DNA of 64,000 nt from Chrysomallon squamiferum (GCA_012295275.1 CM022673.1:23374001-23438000); one strand, 5' to 3'; shown: positions 24,458 through 40,129, counted from the stretch's first letter. Program-made: numbers and translations. Notes: generated from the letters alone by a model not told the origin.

Positions 24458-24838
24458 ATTAAAAGATAACAGTATAACTACTTGGTTTGATCCAGTACCT
24501 AACTGACATTTCGTTTTACTGCACAGGTTTCAAATGAGGCCATAAAACATGTTACGTCACATTAAATTATGGTGCGGGAAAATGATCTCTCTTTAATCAC
24601 GTTACGATAAAATGTTTATTCAGCACTTATTAGGGAGGATTGGGTGTCAAGCCATTTGTTAAATAATGATATTTTGATATACATCGTGTTGCTTGGTAAC
24701 CAAGTTAGGATGGGATTCGTTGCATCATAATATTAAAAAGTTTTTAGAAAGGGGGTAAAAAGCGCAGTGCAGCTAAATTGATGGCTGTGTCCATAACAGA
24801 CACACTTGAACTGTTCTCTGATTGAAATATGCTAAAAG

Positions 24839-24900
<62 letters not shown>

Positions 24901-24945
24901 GTGGATGGGATAAAGGAAATGTTGGCATCATTCTGGTGGACAGAA

Positions 24946-24992
<47 letters not shown>

Positions 24993-25827
24993 TAATCAGT
25001 TTTATTATAAAGATAAGAAAAGAAAAGAAAAGAAAAAAGTTCTGACAACCTACAAAAGCAGCAACACGTCGAGGGCAGATCGACCTGTGCAGACATATAT
25101 TTCTATTTTCCAAACGTTTCTCAAGAACGTAATATGTGCCGAGCCAATAAAGTAGTCACAAATATTCCGTTATCGGTTCTCTCGTGCCATTTACGAGTTC
25201 ATTTCACATTAATCTTGGTAAAAGGTTTAGAAAAAGAGCCAGGGATGATATACATTTCTGACAACTGTTGCTTTACAAAATAGCACCTTTTAAAATGACT
25301 TTTTATCAGATGTTGAAAACGATCAGCCGAAAATGTGTCATGTTGTTCAACTTTGGTGGGGTTTTTTAAGTTTACTGCTTGACATAGAAATATTTTCTTG
25401 TAATTATATAAAATACCATTCAGAAACGAATCCTTGCTTGTCGAAGTCTTCTAAATTACGATGAATACAGCTTTCAAAATGTTTGTTTATTTTTAAAATT
25501 ATTTATATATTATTACTGGGTTTAACTGATAGGAAGATGTGCAGAATATTTCAAAATAATATTTCAGTCAAATGATTTACACTGAAATATGATGAAACTA
25601 TTAATTTCGAAAGAAGTGAGTAAAATTGGTGTAGTTGTTCATACTGTTTTGATGACACTCTTTGCAGTCACTTTATGATGTCATAAACATTGTCAGTATA
25701 TTTTGGTCTATAAAATAAGACCAGGTTGAAGTGAATATAATTACATTTTTGTTTATTATACTGTGCCACTTGGGCTATTTCAAAATTAGTCTTGACAACA
25801 TGAAAAATAATTATGTAATTTACTTAC

Positions 25828-25918
25828 CAGAGGTATCCCATATACTGAGTTGTATTTTGTATGTACTGGAAACATTGTATGTGCTTGTAAATGTGTCGAA
25901 ACCTGTAGGTGTGTATTC
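25828..25918 (-). CDS. Rnd-like Rho GTPase, exon 2 (switch I/effector loop, G3)
   Basis: ttacag|GAA TAC...: EYTPTGFDTFTSTYNVSSTYKIQLSIWDTS(G)|gtaagt. 91 nt, phase 0 to 1, joins exons 1 and 3 in frame. Not in the ORF track. Confidence 0.93.
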
Positions 25919-27523
25919 CTGTAATTAAAACAGATTCATATTAAGTAAAGGTTAAAATTGCTGTAAATAACAAGAGTAATAATTATACCTGCAGGGGGAG
26001 AAATACATAATGGAATTAAGTTTGTTAACACATGAAAGTTAATTATTTTAAATACAGTTTAATATTAATTATGAGAAATTAATGAAATATAACATATTAT
26101 ACATGATGTTTATCTTTGACTAATGACTTCGCTGAAGTTATCCTACAAAAACATTAGTAACACATCGCTAATGATCAAATCAACATAAGCTTATGTATGT
26201 CAAAGTATGTTTGTCTTTATTTTTGTCATAAGCCGGCGGCTACTTTACATAAAGTGTTGTAAGCTTGTCTGAAAAGAATGCTAAACGATGCCTTAATGCA
26301 CTTTTTTTCCTAAGAATGTTTATAGGTCATTTAGTTAAATGAGAGCTTCTAGATTAACATTTAACATCAAGGTCTGAATTACAGAAGCGTCTTTTCTCAG
26401 ACAGGGAAGTACATATCACAGCCATTCATAAAGCAGGCTTAGTGGAGTGGCTGTTCCGGGAAACTGCCAAACAAACAAACGAGTGAGAAAAATATGTCTT
26501 TGTGTAATTTGTATATTTTTAGTAAACCTTTCATTTCATAGTCAGTACAACTGCAGTTTATAAATTACATTAAGTAACAGTTAACTTAAATAAATGTTTA
26601 GTTCAAAATACACTTCATCATAAAAGCCTCATTTGAAGACACTGGATGATATTATTTTATTAACAGGTCGCACAGTTTCATGTGTCTGTACGTTTAACGA
26701 CAAGGCTTCTCTAATTTCCTTTTTGTTTTTTGTTTTCTTGTACGTTTACTGCTACCATAATGTGAAAGCAAAGCCAAAACTAAAACAAAACCATCTGGAC
26801 ACACCTGTTCAGAGGAAATGAAAAAAATAAAAAATAATAATAATAAAAAAAAATACTTGAAAATTTGCGTCAGGGTTTAACTTGGAAATCTCTTTACACA
26901 AGAAAAACTAGGTTCCCATCTGTCATGCACGGTTTATTGAGCAACGCCAGCAGGCCCATGAGCTCTGTCAACCATAAAGTGATGTTTATAGGATCCCACG
27001 AAGCAATTCTTTACATGTTTCATAGCCCTGCTCAGCTGGTCTCGGGGCGTTTAGTGTCTAGAGTCTTTCACTCAGCAATGCTCTTGGTCTCTTACTGTAC
27101 AATAGGTCTCGATACATTTCAAAAACCACAATCTGCTCGGTGGTTTTACTTACCAGGTCACTTGTGAAATCTTATATTCTGATTCTGAGGTTAATCGAGA
27201 CTGAGGGACAAACAGATAAAAGATATTTCGATTTCCTTTAGTTGTGTTATTATATATGAGTCACCCAAAAAATATTTAAGCGAGAGAGAAAATAAAGCTC
27301 ATTTCAGATACTTTGGAAAACAGTTTACTTACAGCCTGTTGAAATATAATTAGATGGTCTAATCATTCTTTATACGATTTTATTATTTGTACAAAGTTAT
27401 TTTTGTCACTGTTATATTTGCTTGAAACGTTACTTAAACGGCATATGCATAATCATCATTAACAAAGTTTTCAATAAGGTTTTTTTTTTATATAGATCTC
27501 TGAAATGTATACAGAAATACACG

Positions 27524-27612
<89 letters not shown>

Positions 27613-30600
27613 AGCAAAGAACGTGTGAACATTAAAACAGGTTTTCAGCACAAAGCGTCTTCATTCATCTGCGCTGTGAATAGAATACGGCTGTTTGCTA
27701 CGATTATAATGATCTCTCTTAGGGCAACTTTGTTCGTTGTGAATGACATTTGTTTACACACGTACGACTCAATCATTCACCTGTCCATAGTGGATCTCTT
27801 CTATTTGTTTATAGTTTTCAACAGACCACAGCGCTAACCGCAAAAATCTGCTATAATCAGAAGAGTTTAACTTGTTTCATAGCATAAAAAGCAAAGAAAA
27901 TATTTATCTGGACATTCTTCTGTAATAAAGCAGAAGAAAAGTAAAACTGCTTTTAATTCAGGAAAATCAGATTGTTCAACTAGATTTAATTATTACACAC
28001 ATTCTCTCTCTTTCTTTTTAAATCTCTGTTTAAAAACAGACCTCCTACATAACTAAGTGATTCCAACATCTGTGTAATCGTTCAGCATCAACAGAAACGT
28101 TTATAGAAACAGCGAGCAGCAAACTTAATTGTACTAAATGTACTTTCAACTGCGCACACGCTTTCTATTTTGAGGGTTGTTATTTTCGTTTCGTTGTAAA
28201 TATATATATACTGTTTCGTTTTGGGTTGTTTTTTCTCTTCTTTTTTTTTTTTTTTTTTTTTATACGCATTTCTTCAGGAAGGTGAAAAAAGGAACAGTAT
28301 TTCCAAAACCATTCATATATTAACCAAATTGCGATTCGCCCCAAATATCATAAATGTCCTTTAACCCTCCTCCCATGCAGTCCCTTTCTTTCTCTCATTT
28401 CCTGCCTACCTCATTCTCTGTAATATATTTAAACTGCATAGGAAATTCAATATGGCAGAAAATAAAAATTTATTGCAAACATTTTAGTATGATTTATTCT
28501 GACCTTATTAATTAATGTTGCGATTCAAACAGATAATTTGTTTTTATACGAACATCAAAAAAGAGGAATTTACCTCTCCCCTGCAACCAGCCACACAGCT
28601 GCTACCCATTATAAACAGCTAATTAGTTTAATAATTCTATAACACAAATAAAAAATATTTAACAGCATTATATATGTAAAAATTAACATTAATCTGTTCT
28701 TTTAACTTTTAAGACTAAAAAAAATACTAAAAAATAAATAATTTGAAAAAAATACTAATAAATAAATAATTTAAAAAATACTAATACTACTACTAATAAT
28801 AATGAAAAAGAATCTGACCACTGTCCGGAGAATCGTTTTCCGAACTTATTTGCTAGAACTTAAACTGATCATTATTCTGACGACGTTCACAATATTGGTG
28901 CTGTGAAAAACAATGCGGGACGTCTGGTAATCATCTGCGCGTGCATAATTGTGACACAACACAGATGTGAGACCACCATCGAAACCCAGAACAAGTTTCA
29001 GTAAACACAGGTTGTCACAGCATCCACTGCATATGCAGGACAGTTTATACATTAAAATAATTACTTGTATTACGCTTTGCATTACCATATACTGAAATAA
29101 TTATCTGTATTAGTTTTTACATGACCATGTATTAAAATAATTACTTATACTGGTTTTTACATGATGAGTACGCTACATTTGCTTAAATTTAAAACAGTTT
29201 TATTACTTACAATTATTTACGCCTCAAACACCTACATAAAGCCCCCCCCCATACACTGTTACACCGTTTATGATTATTTGCTTTTCGCTATATAAGAATA
29301 AAAATAAAATGAATAATTGAATAAATAAATAAATAAATAAATAAATAAATCTGTCAGTCAGTCGGTTATGCATTGCGGCCCGCTAACCTGGGACTGGGGA
29401 AAAAGCAGAAGTTATCTGAAACCTTCCTCTTTTTTTCAGTAAAGTTCTCGTCTCTTAGGTCGTGCTAATTTGTTTTTCTTTCTAAGATGGGACATGCTGA
29501 ACGAAGCTAAAGCGACTCTGATTGAACGATATCACGTGCTGCACTTTGCCCAGACAGCGCACCGACTATGAAGAAATACCTTGAATGTGAAGGACATTTA
29601 AAATGAACAGGAAACAGGCGTATTGAACGACATTGTCGTGTGACGGGCGGGTTTCAAAGTTCAGTCGGTGTCAGCGCTAGACTCGAGATATGAAAGAAGT
29701 GAGGTCAAAAGCCAGAAATCCGAAGAGCTCGTTTCCTTTTTCAAAACGAAAAGTACTTAACGCACTTTCTCGTGGAACGTGTGTCTTGTGACGTAGTGAT
29801 ACCGTTATTAGTGGTAAAACATGACTTTTTATGGACATAATAACAAAATATTTCGGGCTGTTGTTATTTATAGATTTCATATTCCGAGAGGTCTGCGTTT
29901 TAGTTTAGTTCTTATCTCTGTTGTAGCGTTTGTTTAAAGTAAAATATATTTGTATAAAAGAATGCAGGTATACTGAATTAATTATTATTATGTTTAACTA
30001 CTAAAAGCGTAATTTAAACATCAGTTTGATAGTCAGCTACTGAATTTATTAATAAACCTTTTATTATAGATATTATCAATATAAATGTAAATGTTATTCT
30101 CATTAATAATCCTGATTACATAATCATTAATGTTTGCTAGCTAAAATGATATTAAACAGTACAGGCGATTTTTATATTGGTTTTTAACTATATGGGATAG
30201 TTAGAAATAAAACGTTCAAATTGTGTTATTCGCGATACAAATAAATTTGAAAGGCAATATATAAAAATAATAAAATTAATTGATGCTGCCATTCTCTTAT
30301 ATATTTATATATGTGAGAGTTTTGTTTAGATAATCATGCAGAAAGACAGCCTCTCAATTTAGAACCTAAACTGAAGAGCTTTTGTTATTTTTCTATCATA
30401 TTAATGTCATTAAATGCAACAATTTACAGCCTAATTCCATCAAATATAAGGACACAAACACACACAAACACACACAAACCACATAGCAATTTACTGTAAT
30501 CGTTCCCTTGTAGAGAAGACAAAAAGGAATACAACCACAAATTTGTCCTACACTATTATGAACGACGTACTCAGCTACAACAGTTCAGCATACATGTATT

Positions 30601-32925
30601 CAGTACAGAGATGTTGCCCAGAGGAAACCTTTGCATTGTCATGTTCATGGTTTCACGCCGTCACATGCCCTACATAGCAATATTTGCAAATCGTCCCAAG
30701 GCATAAAAAAGTGTTTTTGACAACTGGCTCAATGAAACACGTTCTGCGAGTCTATTCAAAGGTAACAAGTAAACGTAGGGATTTAAAGTTCTGTAACAAT
30801 TCAACATAAACATGGCTAGTATAAGTGTAGGAAGATATAAAATGATTATTGAATAATTAGTAAAATACATATTCTCGAGCAAATAAAATAAAATGAAATT
30901 GATTGATTGTTTATAAAGTTGCAGATATGTAATTAAACTGAGTTATGTTCAGTAATATAACCTTATGATTATTATTTATAAATATTAGCGATGACTAAAC
31001 CAATATAAATAAAACGCATAATCATTAGTCATAATCAGCCATCATACTTATATATTTTTCACTTTTAACCAGTTTTAGACGTGGTATCTAATAAAATCAG
31101 ATTTTTTTCTTATAATATTTATTTAAACTTTGGATTACGGCAACACATTTCCGTCTCTTGACGACCGAACCCAAAACATTGCAGTAGTTTACATAACTAT
31201 CTTCATCACACCTGCTGGCAGAACATTTCCATTTAAACATTTTGACAATAAATGAAAAACAAGTCACCTAGTTTCTTTCCTGTTCAAAAAAACTAATAAA
31301 ATCAGGTCAAAATCCCAAAGTGGCTGATAACGAAACAGTATTTGTAACGGAAACAAACAGAAGATTTATTTCACAGCTTGAGTAATAAACAGTCATACAA
31401 TACAGCCGTGTTATATTACATTTTATTATATGAACTTGCGCTGTAGTATAAACAGATGTAACGTAATGGCATATGAAAAAACTTGCCAGTAAACAGTTCT
31501 CCAGCCAAAATATACTAATTAGTGTTGTTCTAGTACAATTAATCTACCGCCTACGGTGAAGAAGATGTGTTGATTTGAATACTTATGGTAATTACTACTG
31601 CTTTTCGCGAGACTAATGTTTTATTACGACTGGTGTGGAAAAAAAAAAAAATAATAATAATAATATTTATTATAAATTAAATGCATTTTCAAGTGATCAA
31701 TTTTTCTAGAGGGCAAAACAGTACCAAAACGTCATCTTCTCTCTTCTGTTTTTATATTTATGAATCTGTTTATGTTTTTCTGCGTTATGTTTACACGTGT
31801 GTCTTTATTTTTATTATTCTATGTTGTTTTCAAGATCGTAAACAATTGTATTTTTAACGCAAATCTTACAAATTCTTGAGATTGATGGTTAGATTACGAG
31901 AAGCAGAACTGTATGTGCTCTTTCGTTATGTATGTGTTCGTAAGTTGTCTGTCTTTTTCAAGTAAAACTTTCAAAGTGCAAAAACATCTGTTTCCTATTG
32001 CTTGAAATAAAGTGCTTTTTTCTCACGGGTGTAACGTCACGTCAGTTCTTATAATCTAGCCGCCATATTCGGAAGAGTTGGTAAACAACATTTTTACTCG
32101 TTGTCTTTACTCTAGAGAATTTAAAACTGCTTTTACTCTCTATATTAAAATACCACTGATATTTTATTTAGGTCAACCTAATATTTAATATCTAATGAAC
32201 AAAATATTATAACTCAGAGCTTTTGCTTTATTAACGATAATTAGGAAAGTTTTGTTCAGAGGTAAATGAATACTACTTCACAGGAATTCGCTTCCGCATT
32301 AAAATATCACTGATCACACAGACATATAATAAACATTTTTGCCACAATCTGTTTCGACTAAGCGAGACTGATGCTAAATACTGCTTATCCGTGTTTTAAT
32401 CAATTCACATCACGTCAAAATTAAAACGGTAAATATTCACTGAGTTAAAATAATTAACTAATAAAGAAATTTGCCATGTCTCTTCTTGACAGTATTAACT
32501 CTACTTTCTCGTGTAGGCACTATGAGAGGCAGTTATACTGAGAATAAACCTTCTCAGTTATGTGTGGTATGACATTAGATATTTATCTCGTTTAGAACAA
32601 TCTTATACCCTTAAGCTTGACACGGCACACATGTGTTTCCAATTGTTCTGTAATACGCAACATTACAAATGGGAAGTTGAAAGTAAAACGTGGAATTTTT
32701 CTTCGTTATACTGACATCTGATATCACTTTCTATTAATAAAAATCTCATTAAAGAGGTTTAAATTTCAGTCATTAGTAAAGATAAACATGTTAATAATAA
32801 AACATATTACCTCCCCCATAAATCACTGATATTATATATTTCAGTTTAATGTATTAAGAGTTTTGTAACTTAGTTCAAATATATTATTATTAGAATAATT
32901 GTTAATCTATTTTTTTTTTAAATCT

Positions 32926-32996
<71 letters not shown>

Positions 32997-33098
32997 TTCT
33001 CTCTCAGTTATTCTTTTATACAGTAATAATATGGTGACAGTGGTAATAATGATGATGATCATAATAATAATGATAATTGTGATGGTGTTGATGATGAA

Positions 33099-33146
<48 letters not shown>

Positions 33147-33170
33147 CACTGAAACTACAAGTATACTAAC

Positions 33171-33401
33171 CTCTTTATATTCCCCATTAACATATCTGTG
33201 AATCAAACTCGTTTTTCCACATCCGCAATCACCAACCACAACTATTTTCGATTTCACAACTGTTACTTCTTTTTCCAAGTCTGAACTTGTCGCGTTCTGA
33301 TGGCCTTTAACTTTCTCGCTACTACTCTGCGAATGATCTTTGCTGCTATCTTTCTCATTCAGGGGCATGTACACAAAGTTTGAACAAGCCTTGTCTTTCA
33401 T
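33171..33401 (-). CDS. Rnd-like Rho GTPase, exon 1 (N-terminal extension, P-loop)
   Basis: MKDKACS...KSKIVVVGDCGCGKTSLIHRYVNGEYKE|gttagt. The spliced protein is about 273 aa. The start is taken as the first in-frame ATG. Confidence 0.9.
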
Positions 33402-33454
33402 TTCGGCGTCCTGTACGGGATCCGTGATGAAGAAAATTATCCGTAGGGAAAGTA

Positions 33455-33660
33455 AATTCCTAAGTATCCAAAGATTTCGCCTCACCCATGCGTGCTACGC
33501 TTCACTTAGTTCTGTTCTGTTCGTCAAGTCCGGACTGCACCCACAAACCTTATACATGCGCACTGATCAAACACCGACACCATCGTCTGCTTCACACAAA
33601 CTATGTCACATGCTTTAGATGAATGAACTGATCACGTGACCAGTCCTTCTGCCAATGGAA
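33455..33660 (-). promoter_or_regulatory. Putative 5'UTR/promoter of the Rnd-like gene with a short uORF
   Basis: uORF from ATG 33489 to TAG 33460 (MGEAKSLDT*); TCACGTGAC E-box 33632-33640; CCAAT 33652-33656; TGCGCA at ~33557. Confidence 0.45.
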
Positions 33661-34519
33661 ATGATCGTCTCTCGAGTAGCAGACGTCTTGGGAAAGTCCG
33701 GTAAGAATGAAGCTGATTGACAGCTATATTATATAGACTTTCTTAAAGCTACTGGACATTTATAATATATTGTATGGTACAGTTGTATTTGTTTTATAAC
33801 GAATGTTTATGGTTGTATAAATATTTTGAAATTACAGTGTGTGATAATTTTTAGTATATAACAGCACAAGCAGATAATACGACGAAAACAATATTACGAT
33901 TACTATAACTAGTTATTACTACCATCACTATTACTATCACAACTATTAGCACGGTTATTACCACTAATATTGTTAGTACTGCTACTGCTGTCATTACAAC
34001 AACAACAACTTCTACTACTAGTACTACTACAATAACTACTACTAATAATAATAATTTCATAAAATTCAGGATATCTTAATAACAGAAAGCTTTTACCTAG
34101 AAAAAGCGTAATAATTTTTTTTATAAATCAGCTTTTTCCCTAACAGTTCACACATGAACATTCTCACATACATAAACAGCCATGCACATTTCACGACACC
34201 GGTACAAGAAAGAAAGAAACTGTGAGTAAATGTTAGGTGGATCGTGTATTCTGAATTATAATTCATATTTATGTTTTAGTTAAATTTTATTTAGTTATTC
34301 ATTTTCTCGTTCATTCTTTTGTTTTGCTTGTGATTTTTTTTTATCTGTGTGAATAAACCATTTTCGACAATAGAATATATTTGTTAATATTATGGTGTTG
34401 CTCGATGATTTTTTTTTTTTTTTTTTGGTTTCTGAAAAATGATGTCTCTAGTAGGAGCTAATCAGCAGATATTTTAAATTTACTTTCCTATAGGCAGGAA
34501 AATATATTGCAAACAGCCT

Positions 34520-34635
34520 TTGACAGAGGCAATTCATTGGGTTCTGCCTGAACATTCCGATGCTTGACTGAACCAGGGATCGTACCCGACTCAAGGATCA
34601 ACAGTCTAACAACCGAACTCGAGCACGATCACTTT
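34520..34635 (-). mobile_element. Possible tRNA-derived SINE head (degenerate)
   Basis: Minus strand has a B-box-like GGTACGATCCC about 35 nt downstream of an A-box-like stretch. No intact cloverleaf seen. Confidence 0.35.
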
Positions 34636-35097
34636 CATCTTCATTGTTCCGTGTTACTGTCTTTTGTAAACAGTAACTAGTCTGAGCGGGTAGTCTTCAT
34701 TTCTGGGTGCACATAACCGTTGTCGACGTCGTGTTACATCATCAGTTAATCAAAGACAACGCGACTCCGCGTCCCATCTCGTCTTATGTCGTGTGTAACC
34801 GCCACTGTGGGAGTTTATTACCGAGACTCCATTACGCGCAGCGTGTGACATGTTAATTATAAGAAAGCACGATAACGCTCGGGGATTATCGGTTCTTTGA
34901 TCTCCGTCGACGATCGAAACTGTGTGTGGTAACACCTGTGACAGGCTGAGTTCTGTGGGAAGCTGTGTGATGCTTACGTTATTGGGATTATCATAACAAC
35001 TCTGTCTACATGTTGTGTTTATCTCTCTGTGAATCAAATTACCCCAAATCCTGGGAAGGGAGAACTGAGATTGTTATTATAAATGTTGCTGTTCTTG

Positions 35098-35189
35098 TTA
35101 CTACTGCTACTGCTATTACTGCTACTGCTACTGCTACTGCTACTGCTACTGCTACTGCTACTGCTACTATTATTATTATTATTATTATT

Positions 35190-35239
<50 letters not shown>

Positions 35240-35240
35240 A
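35098..35240. repeat. Compound (ACTGCT)n(ATT)n(GTT)n microsatellite
   Basis: Read directly. Confidence 0.95.
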
Positions 35241-35402
35241 ATCCTTATCGGCAGGTTAATTTACCTTTACAAAAAGAACAAACAATTAAAGAAAAATTGT
35301 ATAGGTTCTGTATTTCAGTTTTCATGCTTGTTACTCTTTGTGGTTCATAATATCCAGTGTATTAAAATATCCATTATATAAGGTCTAAATACATGCATAC
35401 AT

Positions 35403-35461
<59 letters not shown>

Positions 35462-35624
35462 TTTCTTTCTTTTTTCTTCTTTTTTTCTTTACTATTTATT
35501 TTTAGAAATTTATTATTATTATTATTTTAATCAGAAGTATACAGGTTAATAATATATAAATTAAAAAATTAGTTTTCTGATCTTTTAACAACAGTAATGT
35601 CTTCATTTGTATAGTTAGATATAA

Positions 35625-35668
<44 letters not shown>

Positions 35669-36853
35669 ATTATTTTTTATTTTTTTATCATAAAAGCACT
35701 TAACTGTGTCTAGAAAGACGTATGGGTCATTCACTGAATTTGATTCTGACGTGTGGCAAGTCTAGGTAACGATAACGGTTTTTAACGAATCCACTCTACG
35801 TCAAGAGACACACCTGGCGTGACCTTTATCCGTTACCCTAATGAATGAGCAGGTTTACAGCTAGATTCTTTTTTTTCTTTCTTTCTTTTTTTTTGTTTCA
35901 CCTGTTGGTTCTTTTATTTATGGAGGTTGTCAGTTAGAGTAAACATTTTAATAAAACAGAAAAAAATCTCCCTTCAAACAATTATGGCAACATTAATTAC
36001 AACCCACATTTTCTGCATGTTATTTTATTAGTAGTATGGGAATTCGTTAGTAAAGGGTAATTTAAAACATAAATAGGACAGATAGCAGACAGAAATACAC
36101 ACAGACACGGAGACAGACAGATTTTTTTCTAACAGTGTGTGTTTAATTTGGTTGATTCTTTTTAATTTAATTTTATAATAATATAACTACTAGTACAATA
36201 TATTTTTATTAATTTAATTTAATTTATTCATTTATTTATTCATTTAGTTAATGGTAATCAGAAACTTTTATTCTTGGTTTTGTTTTTTCAAACTGTAATA
36301 TGTTATAATAGTTAAACATACTAATGTATGTAAATAACAATCTTTTTAACTTATTTCTTTTCTTTTATTTTTTTTTTTTTTTTCATTCTTAAAACTATAT
36401 TCTGGTCAAGATGCAAACAAAAAGCTTAATATATTATTTGTTCTTCCAGGTTATTGTTATAATATTGTAGAAATAAATTAAACATAAATGACGTCATAAC
36501 GAATGGAGAAATTCCGCTTCCGTGCCTTGTGGCGAACTTTATTATTAGCAAAGATTGTTCGTTGCAGCTTGTAAATAAAACAGTTGGTTAAAAGTGCATA
36601 AGTTATGCCATTTCTCTACATACCGTTAAATACTTTAAAGTTACTAGATTAAAAAATATGAAATAATCTTGTTTAATTTCTACCCTGAACAGTATGCTTT
36701 TCTTTTTAATAAAAATACTTTTAAACATCCTATCCGTAATGGCGCCCACTTTTTGAATAACCCTACAATGGTTAACATTAAAGACAAAATGTAAATTGTT
36801 GTAGTTTAAAAGTGTTCATTTGTGTGTGTGTTGTGTATATGTGTGTGTGTGTC

Positions 36854-36885
<32 letters not shown>

Positions 36886-38598
36886 AATAAAAAATAAACA
36901 GGTAAAACAATGACATAACACTCATTAATCAAACGAAATTAATTTTCGTTTTGTAACACTGAACATTCTCTGGCTTTTGTTTGTTTTTCTTTCTATTTTC
37001 AGATATAAGAGTGCTGACATTTTGCATTACTGTAACTAAATTATAAATTTAATATATATTTGTTTTCCATAACAATGAACATCACATTCAAAGTTATGGC
37101 AGTTTTGGCATTTTGCATTATAATGACTGAAATATATTACTGTTTCTGAAAACGATACATTGGTTTTTTAAACTAGGAATGTGCTTTGTCACAATCGTTT
37201 ATTACTTGGAAACTTTGCTCTATATTGAAACGTCTCGTAACAAACAGAATTCATAAAATGAATAAAATAAAAACTCATCGGCGAAGAGAATGATCCAAGA
37301 TTTCAGAAAAGGGTTAGATTTTCATTATAGTTGGATTTAGCTTTCAGGACAAAAGAAATTTCATTATGAATAAGAAAACAAAATAAATTTCATCCGGTGA
37401 CAGAAGGGGAGAGGGTTCGGCGAGGCGATCACTTCTCATGAACTAGCTTACTGTGTTCCGAATTAAATTAGGAATTTGCTTTGTCATAGCCAAATGCTAA
37501 ATGAAAAGTGCAGAATCATTATCTGAGGGATTTGTATTGAAAAGCAATAGGGTATACGATCGGATATCGTTTTTCTGTTTCTTTGATGTTATCCTTTTAT
37601 ACAGAGAAATCCAAGTACCTGGTAAGAGGATTGTTTTGATGAACTGAAAACTTAGCTGTGAGCAGTAAAAATAAAATGAATATTTGTGAAATTACATCAC
37701 AACAACAATAATCTTCGGTTTATATTATTATTAAAGAAGAAACTCAGTAATAAAATTCTTATTGTGATTGGAAACAAATTGACTAGATGTCATATTCTGG
37801 ACAGAATGGCGATAACTTTCTATTATATTTAGAAATATCTTAAAACGCTTTTTACCAACAGTATCTTATGATTATAAAGAAAACGATAAATATATAAACT
37901 GAGGTGAGGGCGATAAATAAAATAAAAATAACCATTGACAAACAGACAGGCACAGAAAAAAAACCTAGACAGACAGATTCGATTAGTTTTGATTAGATTA
38001 GATGAGATAAACAGGCAGGTATGTAGGCAGGTAGAGAAAATGTGAGAGAAACAGACAGAAAAAAGACGGAGGGTGATACATTAAAAACACACACAGAAAA
38101 ATGGTACACAGGGGAAAAGGGAGGAGAAGAAACAGAAGGGAGAACATTTTCAAACCATCTTCAACCCCATTTTCAACCCAAACTCTTATAAGCCGCTTCA
38201 GTTTTTCTTTTCACGCATCTGTATAAAAAAAACACCTGCAGAAATTAAAACCACTTCTCACAGTTGTGACTAAATTAACTAGCTGATATAATAGCAAGAT
38301 GTCTGATTACAGCACATAAACGTTATGATAACCGTTTAATAGATAACAGACTCGCCGAGCTCACATTACTGACTTGCATATAGTCAGAGATCGCTGTGAA
38401 GAGGGCAGATTAGAGTACAATGACTTGTTTCAAGAGGAAACCCGAAACTCCTCGTTTGTCCTTGAAATACAACCCGACTGAAGTGGTCTGTAAATGAATA
38501 ATTAGCAAACAACTAGAGGGAAAAATGCTGCACTTTACATAGAACACTGACAATAATAATAACAAAAATCAAAACAATAAAGTAATGACAGTAGAAAG

Positions 38599-38630
<32 letters not shown>

Positions 38631-39553
38631 ATAAAGAAACCAGCAACAACATAGAAAACAACAACAACAACAACAAAAACACCCCAAAACGAAAACAACA
38701 ACAAAATAATAATAATCATTAAAAACAACGAAATTCGGTCTTTGCTCCTCTCTGTTTTATTAATAAATATAATTTAATGTCCGATTTACTAGCTAAATTT
38801 CGTCAGAACATGAACGAAATCTCCGTTCGAGATCTGGATTATTATTATTTTTTTTTTAATTGCTTACTCGATACCAGACCCCAAGACTGCTGAATTCCCC
38901 GCACCTCTTGAACCACATTCAACATGCCTAGAAGAAAACATAATGCAACTGATCTCTACGATCTACAAAAAAAATTCAAGCAAAAGAATTAACCGCCACC
39001 GCATTTATACCCGACCATTCATTTAGTGCCGCTTGACTCACTTCACAACCACCAGAACGAATTTAGCCATTGTCGAACAGGACGTCCCTGTGTACAATTC
39101 CAAAGATTCATTCAAGCTTTTTTTTTTTTTTAAATGTTTGTTGTACACGGTGCATTACGGGTGACCCTTCCCATGTACCAGACATGTCGTCCATTCATTG
39201 AGTCAGATTGTGTAGAGAGATGCATTTATTTGTGTTGTTGTTGGGTTTTTTTGTTTTTTTTTTTTCTTATGCGCCGATATGTTGAGAACTGTTCAAAACA
39301 AATCTGTGTCTGGTTCTCACGGGTACAACGTGTTGTTCATATGAAGGGGAAATTTTTTCGAGAATTTTATTAGTAGCATCTTTTATATATTATTATTATT
39401 GTTGTACATTACCTCAATCTTAATAAAGTGGTTTGGACCTGGGGAAATGGTTCCACAAGATGGATCTTAATGACATGATTTTATTTATACGCTGTTAAAC
39501 ATTATACACATAATTATGTAGATGAATGTATGTATTATTTTTTTATATACTTA

Positions 39554-39634
<81 letters not shown>

Positions 39635-40089
39635 TTAAATACATGCACATAATAACATACAAGTAGTTCAAACTGCTAAAGAATGGATAAATAAATAAAT
39701 TATATCAGGTGAAAATATCAATGAAGTGAGCTTTTTAGTGTTATTGTAGGTCAACATTTATTACTGGAGAGCAATAAATTCACATCTAGACAGATGTAAG
39801 AATTTCGTACATATTTGTACACACGGTTCTGATACCAGAAAAGTAATAACAATCTTAAAACATTATTTTATGTCACATTAAAAAAGAGACACGTTAAAAT
39901 ATAGCTAAGTGATACGAACAAAAATCATCAACAAAATTTTAAACATTTTCCAAGACTGTTTTATTTCTTGCTTGACACGAATAATAAAATATAACAGTAA
40001 AATAACCAGATTTAAGATGCGAATGAAGACCTACATTTTATCTATTTTTCGTTTTATTTTATTCTGTTGTGTTATTTCGTTCACAGAAA

Positions 40090-40129
<40 letters not shown>

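Noticed and set aside
32811-32906. Candidate Rnd exon 2 close to exon 1
   Set aside because: Contains stops and lacks switch I/G3 motifs; the real exon 2 is 25828-25918.
34520-34635. Functional tRNA gene
   Set aside because: Only a degenerate B box and no acceptor-stem pairing found; kept as a low-confidence SINE remnant.
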